Positions 30,401 through 38,787 of a stretch of DNA of 64,000 nucleotides are shown here, piece by piece. Positions within the stretch are counted from its first letter, which is position 1, and each line of letters begins with the position of its first letter. This DNA is from Acidimicrobiia bacterium (lineage in GTDB: Bacteria; Actinomycetota; Acidimicrobiia; IMCC26256; JAENVU01): assembly GCA_036502405.1 (NCBI GenBank), contig DASXYP010000065.1:3687-67686 (forward strand), in the 5' to 3' direction. A program made the translations under genes and the position numbers. The notes below the pieces were generated by a model. It had not been told where the DNA came from and ran no database searches. It was given only the letters and a program-made list of their open reading frames with translations.

Positions 30401-30510
30401 ACGGCGACCGAGACCGGGGCGAGCGGATCGTCGCCCTTGGCTTCGGCGACCAGCGCTTCGAGTGCGCTCCGGGCGGGCTGCCCGAACGACGTGAGCACGA
30501 GCCGCGACAT
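27397..30510 (-). CDS. AddB-like inactive helicase fold with PD-(D/E)XK nuclease and Fe-S cysteines
   Basis: SPSRIESWAQCPFRYF, GQIDRID, YDYKTG, QLAIYA, CRYCDFDHLC; ATGA-coupled to the helicase. Confidence 0.9.
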   Translation of the reverse strand: MSRLVLTSFGQPARSALEALVAEAKGDDPLAPVSVAVPSSYAGLSLRRHDARFARNRAPGLVNVRFLALNRVAELLGAPFLAEPDRVPLTAEARLEAARVALAEEPGDFAPVAGHPSTVRALVGAFADLRRADDAALARLAQESPRAASVVRAYERFRALTAGTYDDEDQLSVAADLVAAHGVPADLGALILHLPDRLSPGALDLVAGFASQTFTAAVLGLTGDPDADADTRALATTLTPLLGPAEDTGPSAPRLADRVISAPDPDSEVREVVRALVERADAGRSLHDVAVAWRVAEPHARLLHERLAEAGIPTYGPSVRRLADTVAGRALVALLELPDRGFRRDDVMAFLAGTEVRETPGGPRVPVDRWDRISRDAGVVGDDDWTVRLTRLRDDAEANERGRDPEAVATRVERIERCRRFVEELVERSTEHPVTWAGWSTWAIELVGRYVGDPPSTWPAAEIDAHHRVLDGLAALGALPDTSAVDRSTFRVALGEQLDRSLDHVGHFGTGVLLCPLASLRGTDFETVHLVGAAEGRMPPPPREDPLLPDRERAVTGGQVPDRSLAAARERRDYLSALAGARGDVVLSWSRADPVGQRELLPARWVVETMRARRPESKVTARQLADARPGAFADLLVLESFAAAVRRPGAAISVADLELRLLDAADRDAPGTGPAAHPLAEANPRLQRGFHTLAARAEPRFTEFDGVIGPRAGLLPNPERPLSPSRIESWAQCPFRYFLANVLQLRQRDAPEAIDTIDPRVRGSLVHKVLEDFIREMPPRSSPDQPWSTEERDQARAMTAAACDDAVAKGLTGRPLLWKLERARILREVSRTLDADERIRSERGLIPLETEVNFGRGADDAMPALTIDLDGAQVTFRGQIDRIDTSPAPDGELVVYDYKTGSANGFKGLEDDPVLKGTKIQLAIYALAVERAYPGRAVRADYWHTAQPAGKELRGFAAEDAGPRALEVLETVAGGVAAGTFPAYPGKENPFFNSFDECRYCDFDHLCSPDRERAFVAKSEDPTVAQFVELRGLRDET

Positions 30511-30629
30511 GAAAGCCACACTAACGACGGGGTGGGACACCCTCGCGGAGCTGCGATCGGCCCCGGGACGGCGCGGTGGAGCGACGCGCCGTCGTTCGCG
30601 GGGTCCCGTGTGGGAACCTGGATGCCTTC

Positions 30630-32765
30630 ATGGAAGGCCCGTCCCGGCGCTGGCTGCGCTTCTTCGTGATCATCACCCTGGGCGGGATCGGGGTCGGCAT
30701 CTGCCTCGCGGCGCTCGTCCCCGGGGTCCAGAAGATCGCGGGCTCGAGCCAGTACTCGGGCAAGGTCGGCCCGCTGCTCAACCGGCAGTGCGCCATCTGC
30801 GGCGAACCGACGACGGTCTACGACACCGGCGGTCATTACCTGGACACGCTGGGACTGCGCGACCGGCGGCCGGTGGACCTGAGCGACGTGCCGAAGACCC
30901 TGATCAGCGCGGTGATCGCGACCGAGGACCGGACCTTCTACGACAACCCCGGAGTCGACGTGCAGTCGATGATCCGGGCGTTTCTCGAGAACGTCGACAA
31001 GGGTGGCGTCGAGCAGGGCGGCTCGACCATCACCCAGCAGCTGATCAAGAACCGGGTGCTGAAGCACCCCAAGCGCGACCTCAACCGCAAGATCAAGGAG
31101 GCGGCGCTCGCCATCCGGCTGAACGAGGAGTGGTCCAAGAACCACATCCTCCAGGAGTACCTCAACACGGTGTACTTCGGTCAGGGCTCCTACGGCGTGA
31201 AGGCGGCCGCGGCGCGCTACTTCGACAACACCCCGCTCGAGAAGATCGACCTCGCCCAGGCCGCACTGCTCGCCGGGCTCATCAAGAACCCGGAGGGTGA
31301 CAACCCGTTCGTCCATTCGGACCACGCGTACGTCCGCCGGGCGCAGGTGCTCGCGACGATGGTCCGCCAGCATCGGATCACCAAGGCGCAGGCTGCGCTC
31401 GCGAACCGTCAGGCGCTGCCGACGGTGGCGCCGCCCGCGGACTTCCGGCCGGACAACTACTACGTCGCGCAGGTGCGCGACCTCCTGACCGAGGACACGA
31501 AGTTCGGGCTCGGCGCGACGTTGAAGGAGCGCGAGGACAAGCTGAACCTCGGCGGGCTCCGGGTGTTCACCGCGTACGACCCGAAGGCCGAGCTGCTCGC
31601 GCAGGCGTCGATCGACTCGACGATCCCGATGACCCAGTTCAAGGTCGGGCTCGCGGCGATGGACCCGAGCAACGGCGACGTGAAGGCGATCGTGGCGGGC
31701 CCGCACCTCAGCTTCAACGACACGCCGTACAACTTCGCGACGATGCCGGCCCCGACCGGTCGCCAGCCCGGCTCCACCTTCAAGGCCGTGGTCCTGGCGA
31801 CCGCGCTCGCCAACGGCTTCTCGGTCAAGGACTCGGTCGACGGCACGTCGCCGTGCACCCTCAAGCTCACCGGCCAGAAGTACAACCCGCTGCTGCGCAC
31901 CCAGAACGCCGAGGGCGGGGGTGGGGTGATGAGCCTCCGCAGCGCGACCGAGAACTCGGTCAACTGTGCCTACTTCCGCCTCGGTGCCGCGGTCGGCCTC
32001 CAGAAGATCTCCGACATGGCGAAGGCGCTCGGGATCACCCACCGGATCAACCCGTCGAATTACTCACTCTCGATCGGCTCGTCCGACGGTGTGTCCCCGC
32101 TCGACATGGCCACCGCGTTCGCGACGTTCGCGGCCGACGGCGTACGCCACGACCCCGTGTTCATCACCAAGGTCGAGGACTCGAGCGGGCACGTGCTCTT
32201 CAAGGACGACTCCCAAGGGATTCGGGTGCTCGATCCTCAGGTGGCCCGGACCGTCACCGACGTCCTGCGCGGCGTGATCACGAAGGGCACCGGGACGCGC
32301 GCCAAGCTCATCGGACACGTCGCCGCCGGCAAGACGGGGACCACCGACCGCGAGCACGACGCGTGGTTCGTGGGCTACACGCCCCAGCTCGTCACCGCGG
32401 TGTGGATGGGCGACCCGACCCAGCTGACGCCGATGAGCCACGTCGGCAAGTTCAGCCCGGTGTTCGGCGGCACCTGGCCCGCGACGGTGTGGCAGAAGTT
32501 CATGACGCTCGCGCTCGCCGGCCAGACCGAGTATCCGTTCGCCGCGCCGGACCAGAAGCTGTGGCCCTTCGGGAAGTACGTCTCGGAGAACGGGCGGGGC
32601 AAGACGATCTCGTCGGGCTCCTCGCGCTTCGGCAGCTCGTCCACGACCCGGGGACGCCCGTTCGGCCGCCAGCCCGGCCCGCTCGCACCCTCGCCGACCG
32701 CGCCGACTTCGCCACCGGCGACGAGCCCGGAGACGACACCGACGCCGAGCACCCCGGGGCCGTGA
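30630..32765 (+). CDS. Class A penicillin-binding protein (transglycosylase/transpeptidase)
   Basis: EDRTFY, QGGSTITQQLIKN, RKIKE, YLNTVYFG; STFK, SVN, KTG. Confidence 0.94.
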   Translation: MEGPSRRWLRFFVIITLGGIGVGICLAALVPGVQKIAGSSQYSGKVGPLLNRQCAICGEPTTVYDTGGHYLDTLGLRDRRPVDLSDVPKTLISAVIATEDRTFYDNPGVDVQSMIRAFLENVDKGGVEQGGSTITQQLIKNRVLKHPKRDLNRKIKEAALAIRLNEEWSKNHILQEYLNTVYFGQGSYGVKAAAARYFDNTPLEKIDLAQAALLAGLIKNPEGDNPFVHSDHAYVRRAQVLATMVRQHRITKAQAALANRQALPTVAPPADFRPDNYYVAQVRDLLTEDTKFGLGATLKEREDKLNLGGLRVFTAYDPKAELLAQASIDSTIPMTQFKVGLAAMDPSNGDVKAIVAGPHLSFNDTPYNFATMPAPTGRQPGSTFKAVVLATALANGFSVKDSVDGTSPCTLKLTGQKYNPLLRTQNAEGGGGVMSLRSATENSVNCAYFRLGAAVGLQKISDMAKALGITHRINPSNYSLSIGSSDGVSPLDMATAFATFAADGVRHDPVFITKVEDSSGHVLFKDDSQGIRVLDPQVARTVTDVLRGVITKGTGTRAKLIGHVAAGKTGTTDREHDAWFVGYTPQLVTAVWMGDPTQLTPMSHVGKFSPVFGGTWPATVWQKFMTLALAGQTEYPFAAPDQKLWPFGKYVSENGRGKTISSGSSRFGSSSTTRGRPFGRQPGPLAPSPTAPTSPPATSPETTPTPSTPGP

Positions 32766-32795
32766 CCCGCGGAGGCGACCGGTAGGCTCGCCTCG

Positions 32796-33521
32796 ATGAC
32801 GACGCCGCTCGAGCAGCTCCTCGTGGTCCAGGAGCACGACTCGGCCGCCGAGGGCCTCCGCCACCGACGGGCCATCCTCCCGGAGCGCGAGGTCCTGGCG
32901 CGGGCGCAGGCCGAGGTGAGCGCGCTCGAGCCCCGGCTCGCGGACGCCCGCAGCCGCCGCGACGACGTCATGCGCGAGGTGAAGCGGCTCGACGACGAGA
33001 GCTCGGCGGTCACCGCCCGGGTCAAAGAGGTCGAGAAGACGATGTACTCGGGGACGATCAGCTCCCCGCGCGAGCTGCAGGCGATGCAGGCCGACGTCGA
33101 GTCGCTCGGGCGGCACAGCCGAACGCTCGACGACCGCGAGCTCGAGCTCATGGAGCGCCAGGAGGCGCTCGACGCCGAGGTCGGGGGCCTCGAGCAGCAG
33201 GTCGCCGCGCTGCAGACCGAGGCCGACACGGCGCGGGCGACACTCATGGAGCAGGAGGCCGTCATCGACGGCGAGCTGGCCGAGGAGCTCGAGGCCCGCG
33301 GGGTCGCGGCCGGCGCGATCCCGGCCGACCTGCTCGCCAGCTACGAGCGGATCCGGGCCAGCAACCACGGGGCCGGCGTGGCCCGGCTGGTCGGCAACAC
33401 CTGCCAGGGCTGCCGGCTCACGATCCCCGCGACCGAGGTGGACCGGATCCATCGCGAGGGCGCACAGGGGTCGACCCACCACTGCGACAACTGCGGCGCG
33501 ATCCTCGTCCCGACCTCGTGA
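32796..33521 (+). CDS. C4-type zinc ribbon coiled-coil protein (Rv2229c/CT398-like)
   Basis: Long coiled coil, CQGC...CDNCGAIL. Confidence 0.9.
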   Translation: MTTPLEQLLVVQEHDSAAEGLRHRRAILPEREVLARAQAEVSALEPRLADARSRRDDVMREVKRLDDESSAVTARVKEVEKTMYSGTISSPRELQAMQADVESLGRHSRTLDDRELELMERQEALDAEVGGLEQQVAALQTEADTARATLMEQEAVIDGELAEELEARGVAAGAIPADLLASYERIRASNHGAGVARLVGNTCQGCRLTIPATEVDRIHREGAQGSTHHCDNCGAILVPTS

Positions 33522-33940
33522 CCATCGACACGGTCGAGGTCCAGTGCGACGGCGGCGCGCGAGGCAACCCCGGGCCGGCTGCGATCGGCGCGGTGGTCCT
33601 CGACGTGACGGTCGATCCTCCGGAGCTCGTCGCGTCGGTGAGCAAGCGGATCGGGGTGGCGACGAACAACGTCGCGGAGTACCAGGCGCTCATCGAGGGG
33701 CTCCGGGCCGCGTTGCCGTTCGAGCCGCGCCTCGTGCGCGTCCGCGCCGACTCGGAGCTGATGATCCGTCAGCTCGAGGGTCGGTACAAGGTGAAGAGCA
33801 CGCATCTCAGGCCGCTCTACGAGGAGGCTCGGGCGCTGCTACGGGAGTTCCCCGAGGTCGACCTCGCGCACGTGCGGCGCGAGCACAACGTCGACGCCGA
33901 CGCGCTCGTGAACGCGGCACTCGACGCCGTCGAACCCTGA
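33518..33940 (+). CDS. rnhA: Ribonuclease HI family protein
   Basis: DGGARGNPGPA, TNNVAEY, DSELMIRQ, RREHN..AD. Confidence 0.92.
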   Translation: MTIDTVEVQCDGGARGNPGPAAIGAVVLDVTVDPPELVASVSKRIGVATNNVAEYQALIEGLRAALPFEPRLVRVRADSELMIRQLEGRYKVKSTHLRPLYEEARALLREFPEVDLAHVRREHNVDADALVNAALDAVEP

Positions 33941-33950
33941 GGCGGCTCCC

Positions 33951-34430
33951 ATGGTGTTCTGGTACCTCGCGCCGTCGATCGTCGCGGTGCACGACATCTT
34001 TCGCAGCCAGGGCCTCGACTACCGCCTGATCGCGCTCGGCGCCCTCCTGCCGTTGGTCGTCGACGCGCCGCTCGGACACTTCGCGTACGGCCACTCGCTG
34101 TTCGTCGCGGTCGGGCTCCTCGCGGTCGTCATGGTCGCGACCATCGGCCGCCCGCGCCTGCTGCGTCGCCGCCTCATCTGCCTTCCGATCGGGTGGTTCT
34201 GCGGGCTGGTGCTCTCGGGCGCGTTCCTGCACGACGTGTCGTTCCTGTGGCCGCTGCTCGGCTCGGACTTCCCCGACGACTCCCTCATCCCGCCGGTCAC
34301 GATCCTCGTGCTGCTGGACGCCGCCGGGTTCGCGCTCGGGGTCTGGGCATGGGGCCGGTTCGGCTTGTCCGACCGCGCGAAGCGAGACGCGTTCCTCCGC
34401 ACCGGGCGGCTCCGGGACGCCGCCCGATGA
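33951..34430 (+). CDS. Membrane protein resembling metal-dependent hydrolases (YdjM-like)
   Basis: DYRLIALGALLP, GHSL, FLWPLLG; hydrophobic. Confidence 0.65.
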   Translation: MVFWYLAPSIVAVHDIFRSQGLDYRLIALGALLPLVVDAPLGHFAYGHSLFVAVGLLAVVMVATIGRPRLLRRRLICLPIGWFCGLVLSGAFLHDVSFLWPLLGSDFPDDSLIPPVTILVLLDAAGFALGVWAWGRFGLSDRAKRDAFLRTGRLRDAAR

Positions 34431-35041
34431 TCCTCCTGGTGCGCCACGGCGAGACCGCGGCCAACCGGGATCGGCTCGCGCTGGGTCGGGCGGACCCCGA
34501 GCTGACCGAGCGAGGCCGCGCGCAGGCGGCCGCGGTGGCAGCTCGGCTCGGTGCGACGAGCGTCGCCACGGTGCTCTCGAGCCCCTTGGGCCGGGCCCGG
34601 GAGACCGCGGCACCGATCGCCGAGGTGGTGGGCGCGGAGGTCGTGCTCGACGAGCGGCTGATCGAGCTGGACTACGGCGAGTGGGACGGCAAGAGCTTCT
34701 CGAACCTGCCGCCCGACCAGCTCGACCGATGGCGGACCGACCCGACGTTCGCGCTTCCCGGAGGCGAGAGCCTCCGGGCCGTCACGACGCGTGTCGGCGC
34801 CTTCTGCGCGGAGCACCTCGACGGTCCCACGGTCGTCGCGGTCAGTCACGTCTCGCCGATCAAGGCGGCGGTCACGTGGGCGCTCGGTGCCGACGAGGGG
34901 CTCGCCTGGCGCATGTTCCTCGATCTGGCCTCGATCACGCGGATCGCGGGACGGAACGGTCAGGCGAGCCTGATCGGGTACAACGACATCGGCCACCTGA
35001 CGCCGCAGGCGGACGGCGGCGGACGAGGGCCGCGCATCTAA
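34427..35041 (+). CDS. Histidine phosphatase family protein
   Basis: LVRHGET, SSPLGRA, ELDYGEWDG, VSHVSPIK. Confidence 0.92.
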   Translation: MILLVRHGETAANRDRLALGRADPELTERGRAQAAAVAARLGATSVATVLSSPLGRARETAAPIAEVVGAEVVLDERLIELDYGEWDGKSFSNLPPDQLDRWRTDPTFALPGGESLRAVTTRVGAFCAEHLDGPTVVAVSHVSPIKAAVTWALGADEGLAWRMFLDLASITRIAGRNGQASLIGYNDIGHLTPQADGGGRGPRI

Positions 35042-35050
35042 GGTTCGCGG

Positions 35051-36436
35051 ATGGCAGAACGCGTGAACGTCGACGTCGTCATCGTCGGCGCGGGGCTGGC
35101 CGGCCTCGGCGCCGCACGCGCGCTGGTCGCCCAGGGGCAGACGGTCGTCGTGCTCGAAGCCCGAGATCGCGTGGGCGGTCGGGTCCACGGTCGCACGTTG
35201 GCCGACGGCGAGACCGTGGTGGAGGTCGGCGGCCAGTGGATCGGGCCCGGCCAGCACCGGATGATCCGGCTGTCGGCCGAGCTCGGGCTCGAGACCTTCC
35301 CGACCTACAACGACGGCGAGAACCTGCTCCGGTTCGGCGAGGCGCAGGCGCGCTACCGCGGGGCCATCCCGAAGATCAGCCCGCTGTCGCTCGTCGACAT
35401 GGGCCAGGCGCAGCTCCGGTTCGACCGCCTCGCGCGCCAGGTGCCGCTCGAGACGCCGTGGATGGCGAAGCACGCGAAGTCATGGGACGCCATGACCTTC
35501 GCGACGTGGATCAAGCGCAACGCGCAGACTGCGAAGGCGCGCAGCCTGTTCCGTCTCTACGCGCAAGCGGTCTTCGCAGCCGAGCCCCAGGACTTCTCGC
35601 TGTTGCACGCGCTGTACTACACGCACTCCGGTGGGGGTGTCGACGCGCTCGCCGGCGTCGTCGACGGCGCGCAGCAGGATCGCTACGTCGGCGGCTCCCA
35701 GCTCGTGCCGCTGCGCATGGCGGAGGAGCTCGGTGAGGACGTGGTCCGCCTGAGCACACCGGTCCGCCGCATCGAGCAGCGCAACGACGTGGTCACCGTG
35801 CTCGCCGACGGGCTCCTCGTGACGGCCCGGCACGCGATCGTCGCGATCCCACCCGTGCTGGCCGGCCGCATCGCGTACGACCCTCCGCTGCCCGCGTACC
35901 GCGACCAGCTCACGCAGCGGGTACCGGCGGGCTCGGTGATCAAGTGCAACGTCGTGTACGACTCACCCTTCTGGCGTGCCGACGGGCTCACCGGCCAGGC
36001 CACGGGCGACGGGGGGCCCGTCGGTGTCGTGTTCGACAACTCACCGCCCGCCGCGAGCCCCGGCGTCCTGCTCGCGTTCCTCGAGGGCGCGCACGCGCGC
36101 CGCTTGAGCCCGGTCTCGCTCGACGAGCGCAGGGCCGCGGTGGTCGGGAGCCTGGTGCGGTTCTTCGGGCCGAGAGCAGCCGACTTCGCCGAGTACGTCG
36201 AGCTGGACTGGTCGCAGGAGGAGTGGACGAGGGGCTGCTACGGCGCGCACTTCCCGTGCGGGGTCTGGACGCAGTACGGCCCGGCCCTCCGCCGGCCGGT
36301 AGGCCGCATCCACTGGGCCGGAGCGGAGACCGCGACGATCTGGAGCGGTTACATGGACGGTGCGCTGCAGTCCGGCTCCCGGGCGGCCACCGAGGTGCTC
36401 GCGGCACGTCCCTCGTCTTCGGCGGCACACCGGTAG
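35051..36436 (+). CDS. Flavin monoamine oxidase family protein
   Basis: GAGLAG, LEARDRVGGR, GGQWIG, IHWAGAETA..GYMDGA. Confidence 0.93.
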   Translation: MAERVNVDVVIVGAGLAGLGAARALVAQGQTVVVLEARDRVGGRVHGRTLADGETVVEVGGQWIGPGQHRMIRLSAELGLETFPTYNDGENLLRFGEAQARYRGAIPKISPLSLVDMGQAQLRFDRLARQVPLETPWMAKHAKSWDAMTFATWIKRNAQTAKARSLFRLYAQAVFAAEPQDFSLLHALYYTHSGGGVDALAGVVDGAQQDRYVGGSQLVPLRMAEELGEDVVRLSTPVRRIEQRNDVVTVLADGLLVTARHAIVAIPPVLAGRIAYDPPLPAYRDQLTQRVPAGSVIKCNVVYDSPFWRADGLTGQATGDGGPVGVVFDNSPPAASPGVLLAFLEGAHARRLSPVSLDERRAAVVGSLVRFFGPRAADFAEYVELDWSQEEWTRGCYGAHFPCGVWTQYGPALRRPVGRIHWAGAETATIWSGYMDGALQSGSRAATEVLAARPSSSAAHR

Positions 36437-36437
36437 C

Positions 36438-37727
36438 TCAGCGGCGCGATGCCACAGCCGCGCGCGCCCGGACCGGCCGGACCGCGAGCAGGCAACTGAT
36501 TGCAAACGCCGCGAGCAGGCAGAGGCCGAGCGCGGTGGGACCGAACACGGTGGACGCGAGCCCGCCACGGCCCACGACGTCGTCGAACGCGCTCCAGCTC
36601 GTCGGGTCGATCATCGGAATCAGCAGCAGCACGACCAGCGCGGTCCGGAGCCACGCAGGACGGATCGCGTCCACGGATCGGCGTCGGAGCAGCAGCAGGA
36701 TCGGCCAGGTGAGCAGGAGCAGGTCGTAGCCGACCCGGAAGATCGGCACGAGGATCACGAGCGCGGCGAGGGTCACCGCGAGCTCGCTGCGGTCGCCGCC
36801 CGGGCTGCGCGTGTGCAGGAGCCACGCCGCCCAGACACCGATGGCGAGGAGCACGACGCCCAACGCGGTCGCGGCGCTCTCCGACGGGCGGAGCCCTGTC
36901 GCGCGGGCGAGGACGTTCGCGGCGTCGAGGCGCAGCGGGCTCCCGATGCGCGACTGCACCGAGCGGCTGGTCACGTCCAAGTCGTCGCGCAACGAATCGA
37001 CCAACCGGCCGACGCCGCCGGCCGCGCTCGCGAGCTCGAACGACGCGACGAGAGAGATCGCCACCGCCGCGCCGACCCCCACGAGCACGGCTCGGAACCG
37101 GCGGCGCGCCACCAGCACCAGCGCGAGCGGGATGCCGAACGTCGGCTTGGCGAGCGCGAACGCGACGCCGAGCGCGGCGCGACCGGACTGCGCCGCGCGA
37201 CTGGCGAGCGCGAGGTAGCACGCGAGCACGATCAGCAGCGTCGGCTCGCCGTTGCGGAGGTCGACGCGTCCCGGCGCGCTCAGGAGCAGGAGCGCGCCGA
37301 GCGCGAGGACCCCGTCGAGTCCGACGTCGTAGCCGGCGAGCCGCAGGGCGACGCCGGCGAGCACGAGCACGAGCACCAGGTTGAGCCCGAAGTAGACGGC
37401 GCGGGCATCGTCGAGCGAGAGCGCCGCGAGGGGGAGGTGCGCCACGAGGTGCACCGGGCTGTAGAGCGGGAACTCCTGGCCGACGGGATAGCTGCGGTAG
37501 TACCGCACGGGGTCGTAAGGGTTGGCGCCGTCGGTGAACGCGACGACGGGGTAGTAGACGGCGTCACGAAAGTCGGTCTGGAACCCGACGTCCTGCCGGC
37601 TCGGCGTGATGTTCTCCCAGGTGCTGTGGGTGAGCCAGGCGGCGACGCCCGCGAACGCGAGCACGGCCACGAGGGTGCGGAGCCAGCGCGGGACACCGGC
37701 GAGCACCGATGGTCCGGTCGACGCCAT
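36438..37727 (-). CDS. Glycosyltransferase family 87 (GT-C) membrane protein
   Basis: DFRD..YYP, NPYD, LYSP, AKPTFG, YDLLLL; multi-TM. Confidence 0.8.
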   Translation of the reverse strand: MASTGPSVLAGVPRWLRTLVAVLAFAGVAAWLTHSTWENITPSRQDVGFQTDFRDAVYYPVVAFTDGANPYDPVRYYRSYPVGQEFPLYSPVHLVAHLPLAALSLDDARAVYFGLNLVLVLVLAGVALRLAGYDVGLDGVLALGALLLLSAPGRVDLRNGEPTLLIVLACYLALASRAAQSGRAALGVAFALAKPTFGIPLALVLVARRRFRAVLVGVGAAVAISLVASFELASAAGGVGRLVDSLRDDLDVTSRSVQSRIGSPLRLDAANVLARATGLRPSESAATALGVVLLAIGVWAAWLLHTRSPGGDRSELAVTLAALVILVPIFRVGYDLLLLTWPILLLLRRRSVDAIRPAWLRTALVVLLLIPMIDPTSWSAFDDVVGRGGLASTVFGPTALGLCLLAAFAISCLLAVRPVRARAAVASRR

Positions 37728-37742
37728 CCGGCGGCAGGGTAG

Positions 37743-38024
37743 TCAAACCCGCTCGAGCCGCTCCCAGTCCTCGAGCAGCACGACCCGCTGATGGCTGGTG
37801 CGCCAGGCGAGCACGACGAGGATCCCCGGCCAGCCCGCCAGCAGCGCACCGACCACCATGGCGGTGAGCCACCGGTCCTCCCGGGAGCGCTCGGTGCGCC
37901 AGACCCAGTGCGGGATGTGACGAACGTCCCTGAACCCCCAGGCCACCGTCGGCACGGCGGCGACGAACCCGACGATCACGACGACCATCGCGAGGTCGAT
38001 CTCGACGCCCGGCCCCAACCGCAC
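37743..38024 (-). CDS. Small hypothetical membrane protein
   Basis: Two TM segments; fills the gap between genes. Confidence 0.65.
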   Translation of the reverse strand: MRLGPGVEIDLAMVVVIVGFVAAVPTVAWGFRDVRHIPHWVWRTERSREDRWLTAMVVGALLAGWPGILVVLAWRTSHQRVVLLEDWERLERV

Positions 38025-38373
38025 GGCGCGAGTTTCGTCGGCGCGCGATGAGACCCGAGTGAGAGCAACGACCCCGTGGCCAGGGGATGGAATCGAGGTG
38101 GGAGCGGGTGAACTCCGCGCGAAGGACGGCGAGGACGCCCTGCCGCACCGGGCAGGGTGGCGCAGCAGGGCGTCGACTCGCCGGTCGGGGACCGTAGTGC
38201 CACGCCATGTCCCGATGCGAGTGCAGAGCGCGAGACGTCAGGCACGTCGGGTCGTCGGTTCGACGCGGTGGGTGAGCTCGCCCACGGTGCGTTTCCGCCG
38301 CCGACGGGCCGGGTAGCCCGAGAGGGCGAGCAGGTTCGCCACCCCCGGCGAATCTTCAACGGGAAGTGCGCGA

Positions 38374-38610
38374 ATGACCGGCGTGAGCTCCGAGTTCCAG
38401 CAGGACGAGCGGTCGCAGCTCGACCTGCTGCGCACCAGTCTCGAGGACGCGCAGGACCAGTTGCGCCGGGCCCGGGCGCGCCTCGATCGCGCGCAGCGTC
38501 GCGTCCGGAACCTCGAGGTCGCGGTGCAGAGCTGGCAGGTGCTCGTCAGTCAGTACGAACAGGGCAACGCGCCCGGAAACGACCGTCGGCGGGCCGAGAT
38601 CCAGCTCTGA
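38374..38610 (+). CDS. Small coiled-coil hypothetical protein
   Basis: High GC3; heptad pattern LDLLRTSLEDAQDQLRRARARLDRA. Confidence 0.6.
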   Translation: MTGVSSEFQQDERSQLDLLRTSLEDAQDQLRRARARLDRAQRRVRNLEVAVQSWQVLVSQYEQGNAPGNDRRRAEIQL

Positions 38611-38787
38611 CCCGAGTCGACACGGCGTCGTCGACCGCGTCATCCTCTCGCTGCCGCGGCGGAGGGGGACGAGGTTCCTCGGTGCTCCCTTCCCCGGTCC
38701 AGGTACGTCGGAGTCTGCCGCTGGCGCGAGGAGATGCGCTTCGGTACCGGCGTCGAGACCCTGCACCGACACACGGGAGGCGTACGA

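Noticed and set aside
27433-30669. Long antisense or alternate-frame ORFs (also 23471-25990, 56575-59109, 46031-48199 and others)
   Set aside because: Shadow frames of real genes caused by high GC; Arg/Gly/Pro-rich with no motifs
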